A stretch of DNA of 64,000 nt from Phyllobates terribilis (lineage: Eukaryota), in assembly GCF_046119375.1 (NCBI RefSeq), contig NW_027362761.1:993364001-993428000 (forward strand). Reading direction: 5' to 3'. The translations under genes were made by a program, and so were the position numbers. This document shows, in pieces, positions 1 to 11,318 of this stretch. The notes under the pieces were generated by a model that saw only the letters and a program-made list of their open reading frames with translations, made no database searches and had not been told where the DNA came from. Within the stretch, counting starts at the first letter, position 1. Each line of letters begins with the position of its first letter.

Positions 1-558
1 CCAGATGGATGGAGTGGAGGATGGCTGGTTGATGGACACCCCATGCAATCACGGCTACGGCGCTAACAAGGAGGAGGTGGAGTAATGTTTTGGGCTGGAA
101 TCATGGGGAGAGAGATTGTCGGCCCTTTTAGGATCCCTGAAGGGGTAAAGATGAACTCCATAACGTATGTTGAGTTTCTCAAACAGCACTTCCTTCCATG
201 GTTCAAGAAGAAGAACCGTGCATTCCGCAGCAAGATCATTTTCATGCATGATAATGCCCCGTCTCATGCTGCACATAACACATCTGCATCTCTGGCTGCT
301 ATGGGCATAAAAGGGGACACACTTATGGTGTGGCACCCATGCTCCCCTGACCTCAACCCCATTGAAAACCTCTGGAGCATCATCAAAAGGAGTGTCTATG
401 ATGGCGGGAGGCAGTTCACGTCTAAGCAACAGCTCTGGGAGGGTATTCTGTCCTCATGCAAAACAATTGAAGCAGAAACCATCCAAAACCTGACAAATTC
501 AATGGACGAGAGAGTTCAGAAGCTCCTTTCGAACAAGGGGTCCTATGTGCAAATGTAA
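1..558 (+). CDS. Tc1-family DDE transposase, C-terminal part (partial)
   Basis: ORF 85..558 is open upstream. 37 residues lie between the second catalytic D (HDN) and E (NPIE). Confidence 0.85.
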
Positions 559-898
559 CATCAACTAGAATAAAGTTTTGAGTTGAAAACTGTTTGATTT
601 CAGTTTGTAATAACCTGCTAATGCTTATAATTTCAAAAATGACCATTTTTTTGTTCTTTATTAAAATGAAAAGGTTGAAAACTCTGCTGTGCATAATAAT
701 TTGGAACATGCATTTTGAGTGCAGTTTGAGTTTTTTATTTTTTTAAAAATATACTGTTATCATAGGCAGTTTGTACAAAAACCTTTCAGTTGTACTCTAA
801 TAATTATTTGACTGGAAAATTACAATGACTGCAATTCATATAGGTAATTTGGGAAAATCTGAGAAAATATTATTTGCATAATAATTTGGAACACAGTG
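1..898 (+). mobile_element. Tc1-like DNA transposon, 3' part (DD37E/TRT-type, IR/DR ends); 5' part lies outside the window
   Basis: Transposase C-terminus with HDNAPSH...SPDLNPIENLW. Right end ...ATAATTTGGAACACAGTG is followed by TA (899-900). The inner direct repeat TGCATAATAATTTGGAACA near 690-708 recurs at the terminus. Confidence 0.9.
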
Positions 899-1262
899 TA
901 CAAGAAGTTTAGTCTTTATAGGTCACGGCGCTGCCGTAACCAGGTGTCCATGTCACCCGAGATGCATTTTGAGGGACCCGTCCCAAACCCTCCACGTAGG
1001 CCCTGGGGTGGCTACAGGGCATCGATGATCCGGCGTTGGACCACGTCTTCAGCCACCTCCACGGGTTTTTGTTCTGTGGTCTGGGACAAAAAGGGGGAAT
1101 TTACAGGTGCAACTATATACAAGGTACAGTTCCGGTTATTCATTGTCCATAACCTGTTAGTCCATGAACCCTGTCGGGTAACTAGAAAAACACAATTAGT
1201 ATGCAGGCAACAAACATTAAACGTTTCAACAGTTGCAATATACTGGTATATATACACTGCAT

Positions 1263-4200
1263 TTAGATTCTCCAGCGAGCGGGCATCTGGCCTCTAGTGC
1301 TCCTGGTGGACCTACGTAACACACTATCTGGTGGTGTTCTTTCTGGGCCCCCTGTCTCCACCCCTTGTGTAGTGGGCTCGCTAGTGTCTGCACTACAGGT
1401 GTTTGGAGCTGCTATGGGTAGGTTGGGCAGCTTTCTGTGTACTCTTTGGCTTACCACGGGCACGGCAGGCTCACTACTAGCAGAGGGTTGATTCTCCTGG
1501 GCTGCTGGTATGGAATCTTCTGCCTCCGGGGCCGGTTGCTTTCCCAACTCTACTTGCTCTTCTGTAGGATCTTGAGGGGCTGGCTGGAGAAAGGTAAGGA
1601 CGGGTACCACAATAGCGTTGTTAATTTGTGTCCAGGACCGGGGAAATTCTCCGAGTACTGGACTGACCATTTCTTCCCTTTCCTCTGCGGGTTGAGGGCT
1701 ATCTTGGTCTTCATCAGTGCTCTGCAGCTGCTCGGGACACTTCTTCAGGTGGTCTCTGGAGACAGTGGCTGTGGTCTCTCCTCCATCCTTACTGATAATG
1801 CATACTTTCGGATTTTCATGTCTGGAGGGCAGTACTGTGTACGGTTCTTTCTCCCACTGGTCCTGCTCTCCAGGTGCCAGGGGAACAGCGGGAGCATGCT
1901 GGTTGTAAGTCCTCTCTTGCCTTTCTCTTGCTTGAGACAGACTTCTCTCAACACTCTCCTGAACTTTCCGGTACTGCTGCTGCCGTTCTGTATCCCAGTC
2001 TGCCTCTGGCGAGGTGTCCTCGGGGGTCAGGACTCCCATATCCAGGTCAATAGGCAGCTTACCTGGTCTGGCTCTCATTAGGTAAGCCGGGGTGCAGTTG
2101 GTGGAATTTACTGGGATGTGGTTATACAAATCCACCAGATCAGGCAGTTTTTCAGGCAACAGACTGCGTTCTTCCAGGGGAAACGTTTTCAGAAAGTCTA
2201 TCACCACCTGGTTCATCTTCTCGCATAATCCGTTGGTTTGGGGGTGATAGGGCGTTGTCCTTATCTTCTTGCAGCCATACAGGTTGCAGAACTCCTGGAA
2301 GACCTCCGCTTCGAAGGCTGGACCTTGGTCAGTCAACACTTGCTCCGGATACCCGTGTGGACGGCAGAAGTGCTGCTGGAAGGCTCTAGCTGCGGTCTGA
2401 GCTGTTAAGTCCTTGACAGGGACCACCACCAGGAAACGGGAGTAATGGTCTATGATGGTGAGGGCGTAGACGTACCCGGACCTACTTGGAGCCAGCTTCA
2501 CATGGTCCAGGGCCACCAGTTCCAGTGGCTGCTTGGTGATGATGGACTGCAGGGGAGTCTTCTGGCTGGCACGGTCCTTCCTTCTCAGGTTGCACGGGCC
2601 GCAGTCTCTGTACCATCTCTCAATGGCCCCTCTCATGCCTACCCAGAAGAACCGTTCACGCAACAGGAACTCCAACTTCTTCCATCCAAAGTGCCCTGCT
2701 CCGTCGTGGTATGCCTCCAGGACCATAGCCGCGTCTCGTCTCGGGACCACTACCTGCCAGGTCAGCTCATGTGCCCGGGAGTTGACAATTCTCCGGCACA
2801 GCTTCCCCTTGTAGAGAAACAGTTTACTCTTCTCCTTCCAGAGCTGTTTTGTTTCTTCCGGAGCGTCTGGGTCAAGGCGGGCATCAGCCTGTGTCAACAT
2901 CTCTTTTACCAGGTGGACAGCTGGGTCACTGTCTTGCGTCTCCGCCCAGCTGTGGTGGGGTAAGGGATTGAATGTGGCAGAGAGCCTGTCGCTTACACGG
3001 TGGGAATACTGGGTAATCCCATGACGGTGGAACGCAGGGAGTTCAATCTCTTCCAGTTCTTCTGGATCTTCCCTCTGTCTGGCAAGTTTGGCATCCTGGA
3101 CAGGGCATCTGCTTTGGCATTTGTGCGTCCCGCCCGGTATTTGATGGTGAACTCATAGTTGGATAGGCGGGCCATCCATCTCTGCTCCAAGGCACCAAGC
3201 TATGCAGTGTCCAGGTGTGTCAACGGGTTGTTGTCCGTGTACACGGTGAATTTGGAAGAGGCAAGGTAATGTTTAAAGCGCTCTGTCACTGCCCATACCA
3301 CTGCGAGGAACTCTAGCTTGAAGGAGCTGTAATTTTCAGGATTCCTTTCTGTGGGCCGGAACTTCTTGCTGGCATAAGCGATTACCCGTTCTCTGCCCTG
3401 TTGGATCTGGGACAGCACCGCCCCTAGCCCGATGTTGCTCGCGTCTGTGTGGAGAATAAAAGGCTGGCCGTAATCATGGTACGCCAGGATTTCATCCCTC
3501 GTGAGGGCCATCTTCAGCTGGCGGAAAGACTCATCCTCCAGCTTGTCCCATTTGAAGGGCGGCTTCTGGTTTTTAGCCTTTGACTGACCCAACAGGAGGT
3601 TTTGCATAGGGGCTGCCATTTTGGTGAACCCAGGGATGAATCTTCGGTAGTAGCCTACCAACCCGAGGAACTGCCGCACTTCCTTTATGCTGGAGGGTCT
3701 TGGCCAGTCCTTAATCACTGTGATCTTTGCAGGGTCTGGAGCTACTCCGTCAGCACTCACCATGTGTCCCAGGTACTGTACCTTTGGTTTCAGTAGATGA
3801 CACTTGGAGAGTTTCACCTTTAGGCCGTAGCCTGCCAGGGTGTCAAACACCTCTGCCAGGTGTTTCAGATGGTCCTCATATGTTTTGGAATACACGATGA
3901 CATCGTCCAGGTATAGCAGGACAGTCTCGAAATTCCTGTGCCCCAGACAGCACTCCATCAACCGCTGGACGGTTCCTGGTGCGTTGCAGAGCCCGAACGG
4001 CATACAGTTGAATTCGCTGAGACCCATCGGGGTGGTGAACGCGGTCTTCTCCTTGTCCGCCTCTGCTACAGGAACCTGCCAGTACCCGCTAGTAAGATCC
4101 AAAGTGGAGAAGAAGTTAGCAGACTTTAATGCAGCTAAAGATTCCTCTATCCAAGGTAACGGGTACGCATTTTTGCGTGTGATACGGTTGATCTTTCTGT

Positions 4201-5314
4201 AATCTACACACATTCTCATGGTGCCATCTTTCTTTTTCACAAGAACTAGTGGAGCTGCCCAGGGGCTACAGCTGTCCCTGATTACCCCAGCATCCTTCAT
4301 TTCTCGCAACATTCCCTTGGCATTCTGACAGTGTGCAGGGGGTACAGGTCGGTATCTTTCCTTTATGGGCGGATGGTCTCCTGTGGGGATGTGGTGTTCT
4401 ACCCCCTTTACTTGCCCAAAGTCTAGCGGGTGTTTGCTAAAAACTCTTTCGTACTCTTGAACCACCCGGTAGACTCCCTGTTTGTGGTGCGAGGGAGTGG
4501 AGTCGGTGCCCTCATGCAGTTTCTGACACCAGTCCTCCATTTGTTTCTTGGAGCCGTTACCCTCCTCTGATTGAGATGGAGGCAAGGGTTCCACGGCCTT
4601 TACAGAGTTTTGGTTAACGGTGAACAATTTGGCTAGAGTGGCATACCGGGGCAAGTATACTTCTCTTTCCGCAATGTTTAGGATGCGGACGGGTACCCTC
4701 CCATGGCGTACATCGACCACCCGCCGTGCTGTCAAAATGGTGGGCCTACTGTCTGAGTAGACGGGTTCTACCATGGCTTGGTAGTCCCTTTCTCTTGACC
4801 CAATTGCAGTCCGGCACCAGATCATCATCTCACTTTTTGGGGGCATGGCAATAAGGAACGGGTCACTCATCCTAACACTACCAATCTCACCGCCAGACAG
4901 TTCTACCTGTTGCCTTTTCATCAGGGCTCTGATCTCTTTTTGTAGGACACGCTGCTGGCTGGAGCTGGCGTTCACCGCAACCTGCTGTAATATGACAATT
5001 ATCTCTGCAAGACAATTTTCAATAACATTAGTACCCAAGGTTATCTTAGGGTGGCTTTCACGATGGTCAGTGTCCACAATAATCAGTCCTTGCGCTGTCA
5101 GTTCAACTTTACCAATTTTTATGGTCACCTCCTTGAATCCCACCTGCGGCACGGGCTGACCATTGCTTGCGATGATGCTCAAATCATCATCTGGGTAGCG
5201 GGTAATATCTGAGTCATTCCAGTACTGCTTAAAAAGCACATAGGGGATGGTGGTTACCTGTGACCCGGTGTCCAGTAGTGCACTCATAGGTATGCCATTG
5301 AGCACCACAGGCAA
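1263..5314 (-). pseudogene. Gypsy pol (protease-RT-RNase H-integrase), broken by stops and frameshifts
   Basis: ORFs 3200..5314, 2993..3190 and 1263..2900 align colinearly with the 1697-aa ORF at 18282..23375. Confidence 0.92.
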
Positions 5315-5399
5315 GACCGGTCGTCCCCCTACGTACTTATCACGCCAGCTGGATCTTTCCTGGAGGGGACACCTGTAAAGACTGCACAGTTCTGGTTAG

Positions 5400-6090
5400 C
5401 GCGGCAACGCTTTTGGTCAGCTCTTGGACCTGATGGTGCAGGTCTGCAGCCGGGGCTTCATCCAAAGCTGATAGGTGATAGCAGGGCGCCTGTGGATTAT
5501 AGCGCCACCTGGTGCCGGTTCTCGGAGCACCCGGATGGCCCTGTCTTTAAACTGCGCAAAGTCCAAATCAGGGTTCTGCAAGGCCATTACACGCAACTGG
5601 GTTTGGTGGGACTGGACTGTAGACCCTCAATGAACTGTTCAGTCAACAGCTTATCCTCATTCTGCACGCTGTCAGGGTCTGCCTGCTTAATGGCTCTCAG
5701 GGCCTCCTGCAAATTCTAAGCATAGTCCCGTATACTGTCTTGTGCCCGCTGTTTGCATCCATAAAATTTTAGCTTGATCTCTGCTGAGGTGCGGGTATCA
5801 AAAGTGTCCTTTAGACGGGCCAGTATTTCCTTTATAGTCCCCTTTTCATTGGCTGACCAGGACTTCACTTCTCTTTGGGCTGCTCCGATTAACTGGCCTA
5901 TCAGGATGCTCACTTTTTGTTCCTCGGACAGGGGGTATACTTTGAATAGGCTATTCAGTCTTTCTTTAAAGTCGCTCAGGGTATGCGACTCCCCTGAGTA
6001 CTGGGGTAACCATGCTGCTCCTGGGATATACGGCATCGTGAACGGCATCACTGCAGTAGCAGCCGCGCTGGCGGTGGGAGCTCCCTCCAT
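5400..6090 (-). pseudogene. Gypsy gag (capsid-like), frameshifted, zinc knuckle deleted
   Basis: ORF 5716..6090 (MPFTMPYIPGAAWLPQYSGE...) matches the N-terminus of the intact copy. About 212 bp containing the CCHC motif is missing near 5345. Confidence 0.88.
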
Positions 6091-6434
6091 TCCTGGTGTC
6101 TTCCTCCCCCCTAGTTAACCATGGCCTACCTTCCGATGCTTCCTCTCCATAGGCCGCGGCTCCGCAGGCGATCGTCGGGGTCGAGGACCTTGCGTCACGC
6201 GCTGGTGACGTCGTCGTCTGCTGGGCTCCTTCCAGGACCTTGCGCAGCGTCAGTACGTAAGGCGGGGCTTCCGCTCTTGCACGCTTTTGGCATCCACGCC
6301 CCTCTTCTTCCTGCGTGGCATCCCAAAAATGGCGCCCAATGGCGGGAAAACGGCTGCGGATGGCGGGAAACTTCACCACGGTAAGTATCACAGTCTTTCT
6401 TCAGGCGCGCAGTACCCGGTGGTTGCGGGCACGA

Positions 6435-6453
6435 AATCCTGCCGACTACGCCA
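6435..6453 (-). promoter_or_regulatory. Primer-binding site, tRNA-Ser
   Basis: The + strand reads AATCCTGCCGACTACGCCA, the 3' end of vertebrate tRNA-Ser plus CCA, 4 nt from the LTR edge. Confidence 0.88.
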
Positions 6454-6457
6454 AAGT

Positions 6458-7465
6458 TAACGCGCCCCCTGGGCCGTGTGTGGGGGAATACCCGGAGCCG
6501 GGTCTCTGTGTAATGCTGGGGATTGTAGTCTCTGTGGCAGCGACCCGGTCCCGTGGCTCAGGGTGGTCAAACCAGTGGCGGATCTGTTTATTTGGTTTTT
6601 AATGTTTAAATGTCCGACTACGCCACCTGTGGATTGCGGTCACTGAAAACCGCCGCTGCGGGACAGACCGCTGAGGCTGATGTTGTGTGCGCAGCAGAGG
6701 GTAGTATAACTCCCCACGGGAGGAGTATAGCCTCAGGGCAGCGTGTGTAGATGGTGAGGGTTGTGATGCACGGGCGCAGCAGAAATGACTCAGAGTCCTT
6801 GCAGTACAGTTCAGGGTCTTTACTGTTGGTAATGAAGAAGGCCCTGCCGGGAGTACTGGCTAACATTAGAGGCCTGTTCAGTCTGTGAGCGAACAAGAGT
6901 CCCCCTGGCCAGGTGGAGGTGTAGGCCTTCCTGTCTGACTGCACTCTTCCTGGTTACCTTGCTGTAGTCGTGTAGTAGCCCACGTCCCTGAGTGTACCGT
7001 GTGGTGCTCACCCATATGGCGGTGACTTGGGGCCTTTGGTTCCTTCCGCTCCTGGCGGTCCCAGTCCCTTGCGTGTGACTGAGCCTCCGGGCTTTCTATG
7101 GCCAGAGGACCTGAAATCTCCTGCCAGGTGGTTTCTGCTGCTGGATGTTAATATCCTCACAGCCTCGGACTCCGGTGTCCGGTTCTCTGCGTCTTCTGCC
7201 AGGACAAGCTCTGCTAGCTTCCAGTCCCTGGCCTTCAGCTCCTGGCTCCTACAGAGCTCCTTGCTGCTGCTCTGTCCCTTTCTCTGGAACTAGACTTCTC
7301 TGCTAACCCCGCCCCAGATCCAGTTTATAAAGGGCAGGTTCCTCCCCTCCCTGGACTGGGGCAGGAGGTGTGGCATGCAATATTGCTCCTGACCAGGAAA
7401 ACCCATGCTCGCTCTCAGACATGATATTTCTACTACTGTGGCAACCAGACCCCTGGGGTGCCACA
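6458..7465 (-). repeat. 5' LTR of the degraded Gypsy (about 1.0 kb)
   Basis: Termini TGTGGCACCCC...GGGGCGCGTTA (TG..CA with one mutation). AATAAA on the minus strand near 6587-6592. Homologous to the LTRs at 16914 and 23818. Confidence 0.85.
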
Positions 7466-8155
7466 ATTACATCTTCAATAAATGCCCAAGTTTACATTGA
7501 TATTTTGGACAGTTTTCTTATCCCATCAATTGAAAGGATGTTTGGGGATGATGACATCATTTTTCAAGATGATAATGCATCCTGCCATAGAGCAAAAACG
7601 GTGAAAACATTCCTTGAAAGAAGACACATAAGGTCAATGTCATGGTCTGCAAATAGTCCGGATCTCAATCCAATTGAAAATCTTTGGTGGAAGTTGAAGA
7701 AAATGGTCCATGACAAGACTCCAACCTGCAAAGCTGATCTGGCAACAGCAATCAGAGAAAGTTGGAGCCAGATTGATGAAGAGTACTGTTTGTCGCTCAT
7801 TAAGTCCATGCCTCACAGACTGCAAGCTGTTATTAAAGCCAGAGGTAGTGCAATAAAATTCTAGTACTCTTTTGGAGTGTTCTTTTGTGTGTTTATTTTC
7901 ATGATTCCATAATTTTTTCCTCAGAATTGAGTGATTCTATAATTTTTTCCCTCTGCTTGGTCTGAAAAAAATTACCCTTACTGAGTACCACATTTTTTAT
8001 CTTGATTTCTTTTAGTGTTTCTTAAAGCCCTAAAGTTGCCATGTGAAATGACTTTAGTTTTGTGCCATGTTTGTGATCTTCTTTTTTCAACAACATTAAA
8101 CAAGTGAATGAACATCCTCCGAGCCCTGTGATTCCATAATTTTTGCCAGGGGTTG
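7466..8155 (+). mobile_element. Tc1-like transposon, 3' part (DD34E), interrupted at its left by the Gypsy LTR
   Basis: Coding sequence ITSSINAQVYIDILD...FQDDNASCH...SPDLNPIENLW starts immediately after the LTR end. Right TIR ...ATAATTTTTGCCAGGGGTTG, with repeated TGATTCCATAATTTTT motifs. Confidence 0.85.
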
Positions 8156-8159
8156 AATA

Positions 8160-8581
8160 TACCCTGCCTGCCTGCCTATATACACTGCCTGCCTGATATC
8201 CATGCAGATGGATTAGCCCTCAGAAGGACTGTTTGTTGAGATGGATATGTGTCTCTAATATAGTTTGGTACACCTACACTAACTAGAAACAATCAAATCT
8301 CTCCCTATCTCAGCAGCAGCTCTCCCTACACTGTCTGATTCCGGAGTGACTTTGATGAGCGCCAGGTCTGATATAGACCTGATGACGCTGTGCGGCCAGC
8401 CAATCACTGTAATGCCACAACCAACATGGCTACGGCATTACAGTGAGTGGCAGGCAATCCCTGCATATTCATTGGTTCTGTAAAGAGCACTAAACATGCA
8501 GGGAGGGGACCCGAGCAATCCCGGAAATACTGGCGAGCGCCGAGCATCTCGAGCAGTAGCTAGCATGCTCGCTCATCCCTA
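8160..8581. mobile_element. Terminal fragment of a non-autonomous DNA transposon
   Basis: Ends in ...CATGCTCGCTCATCCCTA, a TIR-like terminus preceded by CGAGC repeats. The other end was not found. Confidence 0.4.
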
Positions 8582-8717
8582 GATATCACACATATGTCCA
8601 ATGAAAAATAAAGTTCGGTGATTTAAAAAGACTTGAAATAGGACAAACTACATAATCCGCTGCTTCAGCTGTGATAAGTAGTGCCCTAAAAGCTATTTCT
8701 CTCTGCCTATTATTAAA

Positions 8718-11035
8718 CCTTCATTTTTCAAAGTGACATTAGTCCAGATACAATATTTCTTATATTTTCATGTATGGAGTGCCGAAGTTCTTTTTGCAAT
8801 TGAGATTACTTTTTTCTTCAGAGCACCCGAATAGACCAGTGAGCGACCCCTCTCTTTTTTCTATTAATCATTTTTGGGATCCCGCTCCTGGAGCATTGCA
8901 GCAGGTACGTGTTCACACTATTAGAAGTTTGACAGCCTTTCTTCTGACCATGTGTCCCTCCCATTCAGTCACAGGTGGTTTTAACTAGCTCTACCAGCCC
9001 ATACATTGTAGGTTAAAAGCCCAAGCAGAGACATATTGTCCATACAGGCTTACAGCCCAAGAGTGGCATATCCAGTGGTAGTGTAGCGTAGTTTCCCATC
9101 ATACGAAGGTGACCTTGTCATGGTTGATGGGCACACATAAATTGGCCAAATTATGCGCAAAAAAACTTCATTTTTCAAAGTGACATTAGTCCAGATACAA
9201 TATTTCTTATATTTTCATGTATGGAGTGCCGAAGTTCTTTTTGCAATTGAGATTACTTTTTTCTTCAGAGCACCCGAATAGACCAGTGAGCGACCCCTCT
9301 CTTTTTTCTATTAATCATTTTTGGGATCCCGCTCCTGGAGCATTGCAGCAGGTACGTGTTCACACTATTAGAAGTTTGACAGCCTTTCTTCTGACCATGT
9401 GTCCCTCCCATTCAGTCACAGGTGGTTTTAACTAGCTCTACCAGCCCATACATTGTAGGTTAAAAGCCCAAGCAGAGACATATTGTCCATACAGGCTTAC
9501 AGCCCAAGAGTGGCATATCCAGTGGTAGTGTAGCGTAGTTTCCCATCATACGAAGGTGACCTTGTCGTGGTTGATGGGCACACATAAATTGGCCAAATTA
9601 TGCGCAAAAAACCTTCATTTTTCAAAGTGACATTAGTCCAGATACAATATTTCTTATATTTTCATGTATGGAGTGCCGAAGTTCTTTTTGCAATTGAGAT
9701 TACTTTTTTCTTCAGAGCACCCGAATAGACCAGTGAGCGACCCCTCTCTTTTTTCTATTAATCATTTTTGGGATCCCGCTCCTGGAGCATTGCAGCAGGT
9801 ACGTGTTCACACTATTAGAAGTTTGACAGCCTTTCTTCTGACCATGTGGCCCTCCCATTCAGTCACAGGTGGTTTTAACTAGCTCTACCAGCCCATACAT
9901 TGTAGGTTAAAAGCCCAAGCAGAGACATATTGTCCATACAGGCTTACAGCCCAAGAGTGGCATATCCAGTGGTAGTGTAGCGTAGTTTCCCATCATACGA
10001 AGGTGACCTTGTCGTGGTTGATGGGCACACATAAATTGGCCAAATTATGCGCAAAAAACCTTCATTTTTCAAAGTGACATTAGTCCAGATACAATATTTC
10101 TTATATTTTCATGTATGGAGTGCCGAAGTTCTTTTTGCAATTGAGATTACTTTTTTCTTCAGAGCACCCGAATAGACCAGTGAGCGACCCCTCTCTTTTT
10201 TCTATTAATCATTTTTGGGATCCCGCTCCTGGAGCATTGCAGCAGGTACGTGTTCACACTATTAGAAGTTTGACAGCCTTTCTTCTGACCATGTGTCCCT
10301 CCCATTCAGTCACAGGTGGTTTTAACTAGCTCTACCAGCCCATACATTGTAGGTTAAAAGCCCAAGCAGAGACATATAGTCCATACAGGCTTACAGCCCA
10401 AGAGTGGCATATCCAGTGGTAGTGTAGCGTAGTTTCCCATCATACGAAGGTGACCTTGTCGTGGTTGATGGGCACACATAAATTGGCCAAATTATGCGCA
10501 AAAAACCTTCATTTTTCAAAGTGACATTAGTCCAGATACAATATTTCTTATATTTTCATGTATGGAGTGCCGAAGTTCTTTTTGCAATTGAGATTACTTT
10601 TTTCTTCAGAGCACCCGAATAGACCAGTGAGCGACCCCTTTCTTTTTTCTATTAATCATTTTTGGGATCCCGCTCCTGGAGCATTGCAGCAGGTACGTGT
10701 TCACACTATTAGAAGTTTGACAGCCTTTCTTCTGACCATGTGTCCCTCCCATTCAGTCACAGGTGGTTTTAACTAGCTCTACCAGCCCATACATTGTAGG
10801 TTAAAAGCCCAAGCAGAGACATATTGTCCATACAGGCTTACAGCCCAAGAGTGGCATATCCAGTGGTAGTGTAGCGTAGTTTCCCATCATACGAAGGTGA
10901 CCTTGTCGTGGTTGATGGGCACACATAAATTGGCCAAATTATGCGCAAAAAACCTTCATTTTTCAAAGTGACATTAGTCCAGATACAATATTTCTTATAT
11001 TTTCATGTATGGAGTGCCGAAGTTCTTTTTGCAAT
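8718..11035. repeat. Tandem array, 447-bp unit x about 5.2, flanked by the 10-bp direct repeat TATTATTAAA
   Basis: Identical small ORFs recur at 8770, 9217, 9664, 10111 and 10558 (period 447). TATTATTAAA at 8708-8717 and 11036-11045. About one private substitution per copy. Confidence 0.95.
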
Positions 11036-11318
11036 TATTATTAAATTACAACTCGAAGCATGGAGAATGTCAGTGCATGCTTGGGATTGTAGTTTCATAA
11101 CAACTGGAGAGTGATAGGTTGCAGACCTGTCATATGAAAGAAGCATAAATAAGTCCAGATAGAAGCTCATCATCACATCAGATCTTATCTGGGGGACATT
11201 TTTGGGGGTATTTTTAATTAAATTAGCTGCTTGATTACTTTAGGCAATAAACATTATTGTTACATGAAGTTAAAATTAATGGCGTTGTACAAAATATATA
11301 CAGTATAATATTGTATAA

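Larger units (their letters stand above)
901..7465 (-). mobile_element. Ty3/Gypsy LTR retrotransposon, degraded copy (relative of the 16914-24820 element); 3' LTR not in the window
   Basis: gag, PR (LLDTGS), RT (YLDD), RNase H and INT fragments on the minus strand. 5' LTR 6458-7465 ends in GGGGTGCCACA, with a tRNA-Ser PBS. The 3' UTR matches 18001-18050 of the intact copy and is cut by the Tc1 at TA 899-900. Confidence 0.93.

Noticed and set aside
6435-6453. tRNA gene
   Set aside because: Only the 3' 19 nt including CCA match, next to an LTR: it is a PBS (same for 23794-23812).
8930-9130. Twister, HDV-like or tRNA/SINE motifs in the 447-bp unit (TAAC...AAGCCC, GAATGGGA, CAGTGGTAG)
   Set aside because: Only short partial matches; the required pairings, pseudoknots and a B box could not be built by eye.
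8770-10776. Five copies of a 72-aa ORF (MYGVPKFFLQ...)
   Set aside because: A by-product of the 447-bp repeat, with no recognisable domain or coding signal.
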